64,000 bases of DNA, taken from the NCBI GenBank assembly GCA_963924565.1, contig OZ004613.1:10850001-10914000 (forward strand), written 5' to 3'. This document shows, piece by piece, positions 1-12,100 of the stretch. Position 1 is the stretch's first letter, and each line of letters opens with the position of its first letter. The translations under genes and the position numbers were made by a program. The stretch is from Ascidiella aspersa. Lineage: Eukaryota. The notes under the pieces were generated by a model that searched no databases, was not told the DNA's origin, and saw only the letters and a program-made list of their open reading frames with translations.

Positions 1-109
1 TTTTATTATTTAAAAATCGTTCTTAAAACTGCCATTTATTCCCTTTTTATTTTCCGAACATCTTCTACTCTAGCATTTAAATAAGCAATAAAACGAACTA
101 TTTGTTCAG

Positions 110-3100
110 AGTCCAACAGCGACGCCGATCGCAGCCAGCGCGCCGTCCCCTGTCCATGCCCCCCAACTACTACAACCAAGTGAAACTCGACGACGCCACC
201 CAGCGGCCGCGCGAGCAGCTGCGACCTTTGAACTCGCAGACCGGGTCACGTGCCACGCCCGGCAGCCAATCGAAACGCTCAGCCGAGGACTTGCGCCGAT
301 CTCGCTATACGTCATTTGCGAGGTGAGTCCGTGAACTGTTCAAATGCAAGTTTGCCGCTTATTTTTCGTGGTTGTGAATTTAAAAGTTTTTTTGTCGTTT
401 GAATTCAAGTAGTGCGCTTCCGTTTTTTGCAGTTGTAATTTTTGACTACTTGGACTTCAGAGTTTGGCAAAAAATACAAAAAAATACGTATACTTTAATG
501 TTGAAAGTTACCTATACGGCTTTGGTTTTCTACATTTTATTACAACCTCCAACCATTATGCTTCAAAGTATTTTAGTATTTTTCGGGGTGAACATAAAAG
601 TATTAAACTTGTTGTTTTTAATAGAATCTGCAGCCCAATTTAATTTTGACAAATATAATTTGGTTCTCTCAATGGGCAGTCAAATTTTTTGTGTGTTTTA
701 GGCTAATTACAATTCCAGTTTGGTCTTTCTTTTTTACGGTTGTAAAAGATTTAAAGTGAACAATAATAAAGACCATACTTCCATCCGTGTATATAGCTTA
801 CGTTTTACACAAAGGATTTTTTTTTTAATTTTTCGTGGTGAACATATAAGTATTAAACTTTATGTTTTTAACAAAGTAACCTAATTTAATTTTGACACAT
901 AAACTTTATTTCTCTCAATGTTCATTAAAATATTTTTTTGGGGGGGTTAATCGCAATCAGAGCGTATGTTACGCAAAAACATAAAAAATGAATTCGTTGC
1001 AATTCACATGTGATATAGTTGTCCATAACCTATTTGCAAGGAATATCGCTTGTTTTTAGAATTCACATATATAAATGAGTAAACTGTAATGCATATTTTT
1101 TAAGCAGCAACTTGACCCTAAAATGCGCGCTAGCAATTTCTTTCTAAAACTCCACAAAACTTATGTGATAAACTCGATACTGCGCCCGCCTATTACTCAA
1201 CAGTCAACAACGTTCCTCGTGTGACGTAGCAATATCCAACTTGTGACGTACAAATCGCCCATTGTCTCCGCAGCCACACCAGCAGCGGACAACGTCGCCA
1301 GCTGCCCGCCACTCAAAACCAGCCTCGACACTATTACTCTAACTCCAACTCGGATCGCTTCTACTCGTACAACTCGAACAACAGCAACTCGGCAGCGCTG
1401 GTCCCCGGGACTTCCCCGCCGCGCCCCATCGCCCGCCCGCGCCCCTCCACGGCCCCCAAGCCCCCGCCACGCTCCTCGTCCATCACCAAGCTGAGTCACC
1501 GCAATTCGGCTGACGTGAGCACTTTGCACCAGGTCTGCCATCCGCGTCAGGCTTCGCTTCCCACCGACTCGACCGTGACCAGAATGTCGGGCGAATTCAG
1601 GTGAGAATCGGTTCGAAATTCTCCGCAGTGCTTGAAATTTTCCGATCTTTAATTTCATGTTTTTTTCGATGTTTTTATTTTACGGCATCTCGGGATAAAA
1701 TAATGAGTAGATTAGGGTACCCTAGAAATTTTGTTTAGTGGTTTACCGTTTTGTCACTATATACGAAACTTGAACAACACAATCCACACATATAGGAAAA
1801 CGTCATTTGATTTATTGCACTCTAATCGTACACAAAGAGCTATATATCAAGAGGCTTACCACTAAGGCAAAAATCAGATTTTTGAAGAGTCCCAAATACG
1901 GTTTGGCACCCTTGAGTGGTAAAAATGGCACTCCAGTGCGGAACCCCGGCAGGGAACCACTGTTATATGTAGAAAAAACTTTCCTATCCCTCTAATTGAG
2001 CGTGGCGTTTGACTTTTGCTCGGGTTTTCAAACTTTGAGTCATATTGTTGTACCGTGTACATAAATGACTCCTATAAACTGTTCAATTCCGCTTTTTAGA
2101 GTATACTTAATCGCTATTATGTTAAGAATCACCGGCCTGACTTTCCCTTTTCTTCTCCGGCAGTCCCAGCTCTCTTCAGAAGCCGAGTCCTCCCGACAAA
2201 CCGGCCAGTCTCCATTCGCTCCTCAAGTCAAAGGTCTCCTCAAAGCGATCCAAGAGCAGCAGCAGCAAGAAGCGATCCAAGAGCACAAGTTCCTCCGCAA
2301 TCCTCTCTTCCTCTTTGGAAAAGAGGGATGACGGGAATCAACAAGCCGCCTCCGCATCACCCACTCTTAACAGGTCCTTGTCTTTACTTTACTTGTTTTG
2401 GGAATGTTAACCCGTTTAAAACATTAGCCTGTTAGAAAAATGCCGCCCCGAGAATATATACTATACTAAGGCGGACGGCAAAAACGAAGGAATCAAGGAG
2501 AAAACTATGTAAACCGGGGAGTTAAATGATACCTACTTCTGTATGGGCTTTGATATTCCCACTACGTCTTTCGCAACTTTCAATGCTCCACCGATTTTCT
2601 CTCTGGTGCGAGTCGCTTATGTTTCCTTCGCAACGTCTACAAAGCGTCCCCAAACGTCTTGCAACCTTTTTTCATTCCGTATATAGCATCGGTAATCAAG
2701 TATCAGAGTATAGGGTTATCTGAAAAACTTCTTCTATTGAAAGAAAAAGTTGTTGCCGACTTTTCATCTGAAACAAAAATCTTCATTCCTTACATTTGTT
2801 AGAGCCAACAGAACTGTTGATTAATATATTTTACTTGTTGCTGGGGTTAGGTTTAAAATTGTTAAAAATTGTCATTCAAGTTTTTCCCATTCGCCGAGCT
2901 AAATGTGTTTTAATTGCTTTATTCAGAATTAACCTGCTCAAATCGGAACTGAGAAACCACGGCATGAAAGTGAGCGTCAGAGGAGCGCCACCTACCGGCG
3001 ATCCAGCGACCGGGAATTCACCGGGCGGTGGTTCCCCCGTGCAGCCGCGTCCCGTTCCGGCTCCAAGGAGAAGTCTGAAGAGAAACAAAAGCGCCGATCC

Positions 3101-6100
3101 GCTCCCCAACCGAGAAGGTGAGGATGTTTTTCGATTGCTATTTTTTTGCGACCTGCCACAAATCGGTGAACGTAGGGATTTAGTTGTTTTTGTTTCTTTT
3201 CATAACTTTTGACGGCAATATTAAAGGTTTCGCGGACCTCACTCTATAGTTATACTATAGTTTGATTTCTGGACTTTAAGCAATTTCACCTTTTCTTTGT
3301 CAGTCATTTTTTCTGGTGACAAATTTTACTTTTTCATAATTTTTGCGGCAAGATTCACGGCTTTTGCTCCCATCTCATTGTTTTTCTAGGTTTTCAGCAA
3401 GAATTCAAGTCAGATTCTTTTTGTTTGTTCAGAAACGGAGCGGTCCCTACGTTTTGCGCGCTCACATTCGCAAGACACGACCTTAGACGGAGCTCCGTTA
3501 GCAAAGTCGTCTACTCCCAATGAGAGGAAGAGCTCCTCCTCCTCCACGTTATCCCACTCCACCTCCGGCGCCTCCTACCTAAGAGCGGATGCCAGAATCA
3601 ACGGGCTCGTGCAGCGTCTGCATCTTTCAAAACAAGTAGGCTGGAGGATAAGCAATTTTGCGAAAATGTGATTTTTTTAATGCAGTTTATCGTGCTCATT
3701 CAGGTGTTAAATACCTTTCAAGTAAACTAGAATAATGTTGAAACGTGAGGTACTAACCAAATTATTTTTTTTTGTCAAATTTTCAGTAGTAATGCTAAAA
3801 CCAGGAACTCTTACGTCATCATCAATGACGTCACTTGTACAACAAGAATCTCTTAAAGAATCTCCAAACAAAATTACACCAAAAATGCTATTCAACATTT
3901 GTACTCAGGACCATGACTACGTCAATCAACCGAAACCCGCGAAACCCCAGTGGCGGTCGCCGCTAAAGAGTGACGTCACCAGTTTACCGTTCAAACGTGA
4001 CATCACCACTTCGCCTACGAAGAGTGACGTCATTTCGCCTGCGAAGAGCAGCGCCAGTTCGCCGTCTAGGTCGCCGCAGACTTCGCGGGTGTCCTACAAC
4101 GCAGCCATACAAAGTAATTTTTTTTGATATTTCGTTTAGGAATTTGAGCCAGATCTTCTTTTATAGGCGCCTCACCTCTATTTTTGTTGTGGTGGAGATT
4201 TTTACTCGTGGGTAAATTCGAATCACCCTTACCTGGAAAACTGATTTCTTATTTGTAGGCTTTTTGAAACATGTAGATATATCGACTTTTTGTAAAACAA
4301 TTTTTGGTAAGTATTTGGTTGATTTGTAGTGGGTGGATTTTTTGTTTACACACTGCACAGACATTCTGTAATTGCCTATAAAGTACTTTATGTAGACTCA
4401 ATAATAAACTACCAAAATCCACCAGAAAAAGCTATAAACAACCTCTCATGCAACCCCAAACCTCGTCCCTTAACTTTCTCAATATTTGTATCTTAACTTA
4501 ACATTAAATCCAACTCATTACCCGCCCCGAACCATAACCAAGGGCAGGCAAACCGGTGTGCAAACAGCAACGCCCGGACGTTCATTCCCCTCTCGATAGA
4601 ATTTTGTATTTTAAGGATGATTTAAATTGAATTGTTTTCCCTTTTTGCCAGATATGGGCGAAATCGACCTCTCGCGTCCTTCGCCTCCTCCTTCTCAGCG
4701 AAACAAATCCAACACACAGTCTCCGGATAACAAGTGAGTTTGCGCGTGTTTTAAAACGTTAATGTGTTTCAAGGTTGATCTACGCAGGGTTGGGATTTTG
4801 TACTCACCCGCTCGCTTTTTGTACTCACCCGCTAATGCGAGTGCAATTTGCTTCGGGCGAGTGCTGATTGACACCAACTAGACTAGTGCCCTTAATAATT
4901 GAGCATTGACTGTTGTTATCGGTCTTATTCATGGTCTTGATTTGTTGATCTGTGGCAAATTAAGTTTAACTTTAACGACTTAAAGTCAATTATTGCTTAA
5001 CTCGTTTAACAATACACGCTTGAGCAACTATACAACACAGGTAAACAAGCGCATCGCACGAGGTAAAAGTAAAAACCATTTAATGTCAGACGGCGTACCG
5101 GATTTTTTTACTTGATTTTGTCCGGGGAAGTGCTGATGCGTAGACACTCGCCAGGTCAGCGAGATAATTCTAATTTAGAACCACTCGTGCTACGGCCGAT
5201 GGCGTTTTGTCGCTCTATGCTAAAATATCATTAGAATTATTTAAACTTGTACCCTGGTTTAAAGACCTTGGCGATCTTGGCGTGCAAAGACTTTCTCTTT
5301 TCGAAGAGCACCCCTTTTAGTTTATAACGCGATTCGGCGAGAAGGCTCGATAATCATGTGGTAATATGACTGATTATTATACATAATAAATGAATATTAT
5401 TATTTTACCTATTTTGTGCTAAACGTGTATTGCTGGATTGTCCAAGCTAGACAAGGTTTGTACAACAATTCCAGCTTATTAGAGGCACAAATTTTGGAGC
5501 TATTACTTTATAAAAATCAAGTGTTTAAAAGGGCTTTTTTTAATTGAGCCCATGTCGTATGAAGTTTTTGTCCAATTTCGTTCTTGTTAATGAGAAGTTA
5601 CCAACTTAGTTATGTTAACCACCTTAGCCAAGTTTAGAACAGTTGGATGTTTTGTACTTATTATTCGTTCTCATCACCTCTTAACAGTGATTAGTCTTAA
5701 TGATTTGCTTTGGTATTTGCTGGGAAGACGTGTAACTGCGTCACTGTCAAAATCATATAGTAAGTTGACTTGTCAAAACGGGTACACAGGGAAGTAAGCA
5801 AGCAAAAGGGAGCTAAAATACGATGGGACTATTTTTGTTGCGGCCAACGATCGTCGTTGTTTGCTGTTTTGCGCAAAGTCCAAGTACAGTGCATACGTGC
5901 GAATACTTGTTGATCGTCTGCTCTTTAATTTCGAGTCTGCCTTGAAATAGGGAACTGCTTAGCGAAATGACAGGTCTCTGTATATAGTCGGGGTTTGTCA
6001 GTACTTGTATTTAATTTTCTGAACACATTTTTCGATTCATCCTGATTAGGCCGACTGCTTTCTGTAAGGCTTTCCGAAGGCATCACGTGTATATTTTCTG

Positions 6101-9100
6101 ATGCGTAAATGACAGGTTAGAGAAGCTTTTAGCAGCTTTTATAAAATGTGAAGTCATTTATAATGACATTGATCCGAGTTTCCCCTGTTTGCAAAGTGGC
6201 ACATGCCATTCAAGATTCTAGGCGGCTGCGTATTCCACTGTTCATTGTAGCTATGTTAGGTACGAACATAAGGTTGCTGGTAGGGTAAAAAAGGAAAAGG
6301 TGTTTTTCCAAAAGTATTTTTATAAAAAAAATGAATCACTTCGCTGAAAGGCGTATAACTCATACATTTTTTCGTTAAATTATTGCAAATAGGGTGGAAT
6401 ATACTTTTGGCCACTCAACTGATTTATCGGCCTGTATTTCTTATGAATGTATGAGCTAAATACTTCATCCAGGTAGTTTTTTTGGAGTAATTTTCGATAA
6501 TTGTTTGAATAAATAAGCGAATGACATGGTAAAAAGTTGTAATCTACGCATAATATGTTGCCGAAGCAAGATGGTTCTTTGTAGCTTTTTATTTACACCT
6601 TTTTGGCAAATGTTTTTTGAATTACAGCCACCCTGATACTGCGAAATATAGTTAGAAAGTTTGTTAGTAATTTACCGTTGCACCTGCGCGATAATATAGT
6701 CATACGTTTGAATATTTTAACTATATTTTTGGGTTTTTCAGAAGATCGATTTGATTAAACTATTATTTTTTGAGTCACTTATTTTGAGAACTTTTATAGG
6801 CAGCTATTTATGGCCAAATGTGGTGCTAGTTTGGTAGTTTCACCTAACGCGATCTAATGGTTTATTCAGAGCTAAAACCAAATTCACATAGTAACATCAT
6901 ACGCAAAGGTAAAAGTTCAAACGTAACTTAGTTGTAGTTACCTTGGTTTCACCTCTTGTTGGTTTAAAGTTTTGCAATTTGCAGCTCTTACTACATGACT
7001 TGTTAAGCACACCAGGTGTCGAATCGGTTTCCCGTTTTGCTACCATGGGGCGTAAATGCCATAAGTTTACGGCACATCACAAAACGCAAACATGGTGTAA
7101 AGCCGCAAAGTTGTGTTGTGTACTAGGGCTGTAGTCCTTTCCTTTCTCTAGTTTCACTTTAGATTGCTCGTGGTCACAACACATATCACTCTGGTGTGAT
7201 TGTTGGCTGCGAATGCAGAGTGACCGTGACTGTAACAGCTAATCTAATTAAAACTATTGGACGTTTGTAACAAGTGATTAACCAGATAACTCTCGCTGGA
7301 ATTATATTCTTTTTCGATTTGAGCTGTGTTTTAGGATATTTTTGTATAACGATTGTAAAAGCGTATAATCCAGGTAAAATAGATGCAATATAGAAGAGTT
7401 TACATTAAAGTTGTTTTTTTAATACGTTGGTTTGTTGTGAGTAGTTAGTTGTTTTCTGGGACCTATGAGAGCTCCGATTTGTGTAAAAAAACAAAGTATT
7501 GCAAGTGGAAGGATGTGGCCGCTCAAACGGAAAAAGGCAAGAAGGTAATTGAATTACGTTATAGTATAAGTCCCATGATAGATAAAAGCAACGCGTCTAC
7601 TCGGCCAATATGTGTCATTCAAAGACAATTTTTTGAAGTAAAAACAAGTACCGCCCACTCTTTGACATAAATTTAAATCATTTTACCACATCCACTTCGT
7701 TTTACCCTGTTTTGAAATTTATAGACCAATTAATAAGTAATCGAGTTTATTTTGTTAAATATGGTAAATGTGTGAACTGTGGTGTAGGTTTCCAAAACAT
7801 ATCGAAAAACGGGGGCACCGTTTATTTAACCAGGGCTGCGGATTCGGGTAAAAATAACCGGAGTCCCACTCCAGACAGATGTGCGATTTCGTCGATCCCG
7901 AGTCAAGCTCTGGCTCTGTAGCATGTATTTCGCTAATTTGCGTAACTAAACTAAGGTGGATGTTCAGCAATCCACTGATAGTGGTGTCATATTATTCATC
8001 CACGCACAAAACATGGTTTGAAAATCTCCACCATATTATGCTATTCCTCTTTTACAATCTACAGTTGGCGACCATATCAGTTTTAGAATTTGTACTGCGC
8101 ACGTCGGACTCGGGACTCTGGTGGTTTTACGTGATCTTACTCGAGTCCCGAGTCCGACTACGAAAATACAAACCTACTCCGTCAAGTCCCGAGTCCTACT
8201 CCGACTCCGCAACCCTGATTTTCAACATTGGCTTTTTCAACTGGCCTAACACGTCGACATGCTTCGTAGTCTATTAGCCCCGGGGCGTACATATTTTTAG
8301 TGGTGGCATGCGCCAACGAGCAAGCCGTAACCTACCGGCGTGAGTTTAACCTGTTGGTTCGCGACACTGTACAGAACGTTGCGTGATTCGTTTCTGCTTT
8401 TTACGATGTTTCGTTCTTTTGCTGATTTCTTGAAACTTTCACCTTAGTCATCGCGTTGCAACTCTCGTAGTTTGAACGCATATTTTTGGTTGTGAAGGCA
8501 GCTTAGTTGGACACTTTTCGCAGCATGATACTAGAAAAATATGGGCACTTATCTGCTGTGCGCACGTTTTACTGATTTGTGTTTATCTGAATGTTAGATA
8601 ACCTTGTCTGTTTAAAAGAAGAGCGAGGGCCATTAAACAAAGCATTGCTTTGCTTTTTTGAGGAGTAACTTGAATTTACTGTTTGCTTGTTTTTTGTGTA
8701 GCCTAAATATTGTGTCATTGGCGTTTATCAGTCGTCACTATTGGAATATCAGTCGTCACTAGTGAAACAAAATTGCTTTTCCGTCGATAGCGTATTGTAT
8801 CATAAAACAATATATTTTACACGTATATTTTGTGACTTCAATGAAAAAATCTCTAAAGGTGGCAAAAGGAGCAGTGTTTACCCCAAGGCTGTTTAAACTT
8901 CGCTTTTAACTCGAAACTGATGCCAACCTGATAAAAAACCCTTTTGCCTTCCTTCATCCGTTGATCAAAGTTAAAATGATCTCACCTCTCAAAATGGTTG
9001 TGTACCTTTGGAAACAGTGAGCCCAATTTATTGATTTGCAATCGAAATAACTGTACATTTAACTTAAGTTAACGTCCTTGGCGCGCAAATATCGATGCGG

Positions 9101-12100
9101 TCACTGTTAATGATTAACTAGCGTTGCGCTGCTTAACGCTCCCCGTTTTTTTGTTGTTCAAGCTAGTTTGCGATTTTTCACGTTGCGCAAAGTTTGCGTG
9201 CTGTATAAGGTTTTCGGCAATTCGACGTTTTTTACCAATTGAACAAATCGAAATTGCTCTATCGCTCCAATGGAGGAGTAAGTACAGTTCGATTTTCTAT
9301 ATTGTGTTATCGTGAGTCCAAATAAGACGTAAATTTTCTACTAAAATGTTTTTGCTGCTTTACTCCTTACTGTTTCTCTGCGCTATGTTCGCGCCGAGTG
9401 TATTTCTTACTGTATAACACAGCCAATTTAGTCTTATAGGCAGCCAGGCATGTGAGAAATCTCTGGAGAGTTTTGGGTATGTACTGCGGTCAGACGTAAA
9501 TGTTCACACCATACAGACTAGCTAGAACAGATGTGTCATTATAAGCGTTGATATGCAGGGGACTGCTCAACCAAAGGCCGCTTTTCAGGTTTTTCGCATA
9601 GTCTTTAGCTGTCATGATTGTTTTAGGTTGATTTGCGCTTCAACGAGTCTTTAACACCTAATGATTCCAAAATGTCTTTGAATTTTCGTTGTTTTTATTT
9701 ATCTGCACTCTGCAGCTTAGAAAGTGGAATAGTACAACGAACTTTTGAACAATTTAATATTGTGCTGACCAGGCTATCTCTACTGTTTTGTTTTTAAATA
9801 ATATTCGAAGCATGTTTATTGTTTAGTTATCCAACTGTACGCCTTTGAAAGCCTATAAATTTCCTATTAAAATGCTATTGAATTTTTTTTGATAAAAATG
9901 TGTGGCAGTCCTGTTTTTTTCTTATCTGTAAAAGCAAGTGTTAACCTTGGCGAGCAAGCTTTCCAAAAATATCGATTTAAGAATGCTTGGATAGAATATG
10001 TAATACCAGTAAAAATACAAGCAAAAACTATGAGCCGTTTATTCAAAAACGACCATACGCCACGAAAATGTTCGTAGCCTCCTACCAGTTGAGCTAGCCT
10101 ACCTGGCTGCTGCTTTCAGCAGGTAAAGTACGTTTCTCCAGACCTGCCACTAGCCAAGGTGTGGCTTATTATTAACTCTTCGAAGTTACTTTGTGTCCAG
10201 AGCTAGTTCTATTCACGGGCACATGCTGTAGTACGCTCCGTTGCTCATTTGCCCAACCCAGAGATAAACGTTGACAGACAAATAGATTAAGTACCTAGAG
10301 GTTCTCAGTGAAGTACAGAGACATTTGTGAAGCACTGTTAAGAAGTCAGTTATCGAATTTATTTATAGTTTTTGTTGCTCCTTAAGGTATTTTATTATAC
10401 TGCGTCGATTGTGGTATTCACTTTTGGATAAGATTAAAACGAACTGGTTTGTAACATTTTGATGCCTCTTGCGTGATAAAAGCACAGCTTAAACCGCATA
10501 ATGTTGTAAATGGTAGCTGTTAGACTATTGGTCGTGCAATAGTATTTTTTTGAAAAATTTGGTTTGCCAAATTGAGGTTTAAAACACTTCCGGAGTGGAC
10601 TGCTGTTATGTAATGGGGTAAGGGCTGTCAAAAATACCAGTTTGATTCCACTAAACCTGTTTATTCGATCATGACAACCGATTGCTTTTATTATTGATCA
10701 GTTATCCAGGCGATACTATACAGTTAAAATTTCTGCTCTTAGATTTTCCTACGAGTTTTTTTCGCGTCGCCAGATCCTGCCAAGATGCTAATAAACTTTA
10801 TTTGGCTGGTGCTGGTGCATTGTTCATTGACGCGAAGTGATCTGCGCCATTGTGTGGTTTACATGTTGACTTTGCCTTTCGCGTCTGGCAAAGCTGAGAC
10901 TTTTTGAGTCGCAGAACCTTCCATTATTGTGCTTTCAGAACAACAGACTTCACCTCTTTAGGTAATCCATTGGCTTATCTTAAGCTTTACTGGGTGAATT
11001 AACGAAAGTGTGTATTCGATTAGGCTGCACTACAGTTGGCCTACGTAAGTTGTTTTTAAGGGTATCTCAACATACTCCTTATTTTTATTAAGGTTATTTT
11101 GCAAATACGAACAGCAGGCTCCGTGCTGCGATGTTTAAAATAGCCTCGTGTTGTTAAAGCCAGAATTGTTGTACTTTAATTCAGTCTATTCTATAGTGAA
11201 GTGTGTCTATCCACCACACAAAATTTGCTAGACTAACAAAGGAATTTACAATTGAAAAGAATGCTTTGTCTGGTATGGAATGTATTTTGGCGTCTTATTT
11301 CGTGTTGGTTTTTATTATTTGTGTCGTTTTCCTTGTGGGTTGTTTACCATGAAGTAGGGTAAAAATTATTGAAAATACATTTTTAAATAAATTGGAGTTT
11401 TTTAAGTAATTGTTATTTAATGAAAGTTTACGTAAACCTTGGTTGTCATACAATACGCTACGGTTAACTTCTATGACTATGAGACTTTTTCGTCACGGTT
11501 GACTGCCACGAGATCAGCAAAGCGTGTCGGTTGTACACTTGCATCAACACGAACGGTTTTGGGGATGAGATTTAGGTTTTTTATCATTTTCTCGCACGTT
11601 AAGTTAAAAGTGTTTATGCACTGCAAAATGTTGCCTCTCAACTTTAGTTAACTATATAAAATCATTTTATCAGGGTTATTTTTAGCCCCAAACATCAATT
11701 GACGACATTTTAAGTTTTCAGACGCTAATTAACGTAAACAGTTGTTACGTTGGTCGTTGATATGATAATAACGTTAAGCGTTAACGTGCTCTATTTATTA
11801 AGCCATTTTGAAAATATCTTTCTCTGGGCTCTTTTTTATTATTGAAAGGCTTTGTTTACCTCTGTAATATCTCAGCTCTTTGTAATAGGTTTTTAGGCAG
11901 TTGTATTTTTTAGGAAGTTTTCAGTTTTATAATACATCTCAGGTAAACAACAAAATATTTGTTAAACATCAAATATTCTTTCATTGACTTTACATTGCTA
12001 TTTACCATGCGTGTTTCGATTTTCTGTCGTTTTCATTTTTTGTTTAAAAGCCTATTGAAGTTCCGATTTTCGACCTCCGAGATTAACTACTTTTGTAAAA

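Noticed and set aside
1197-1658. Antisense and alternative-frame ORFs over GC-rich CNK exons (also 24056-24546, 30025-30613)
   Set aside because: They are shadows of GC-rich coding exons with no recognisable domains.
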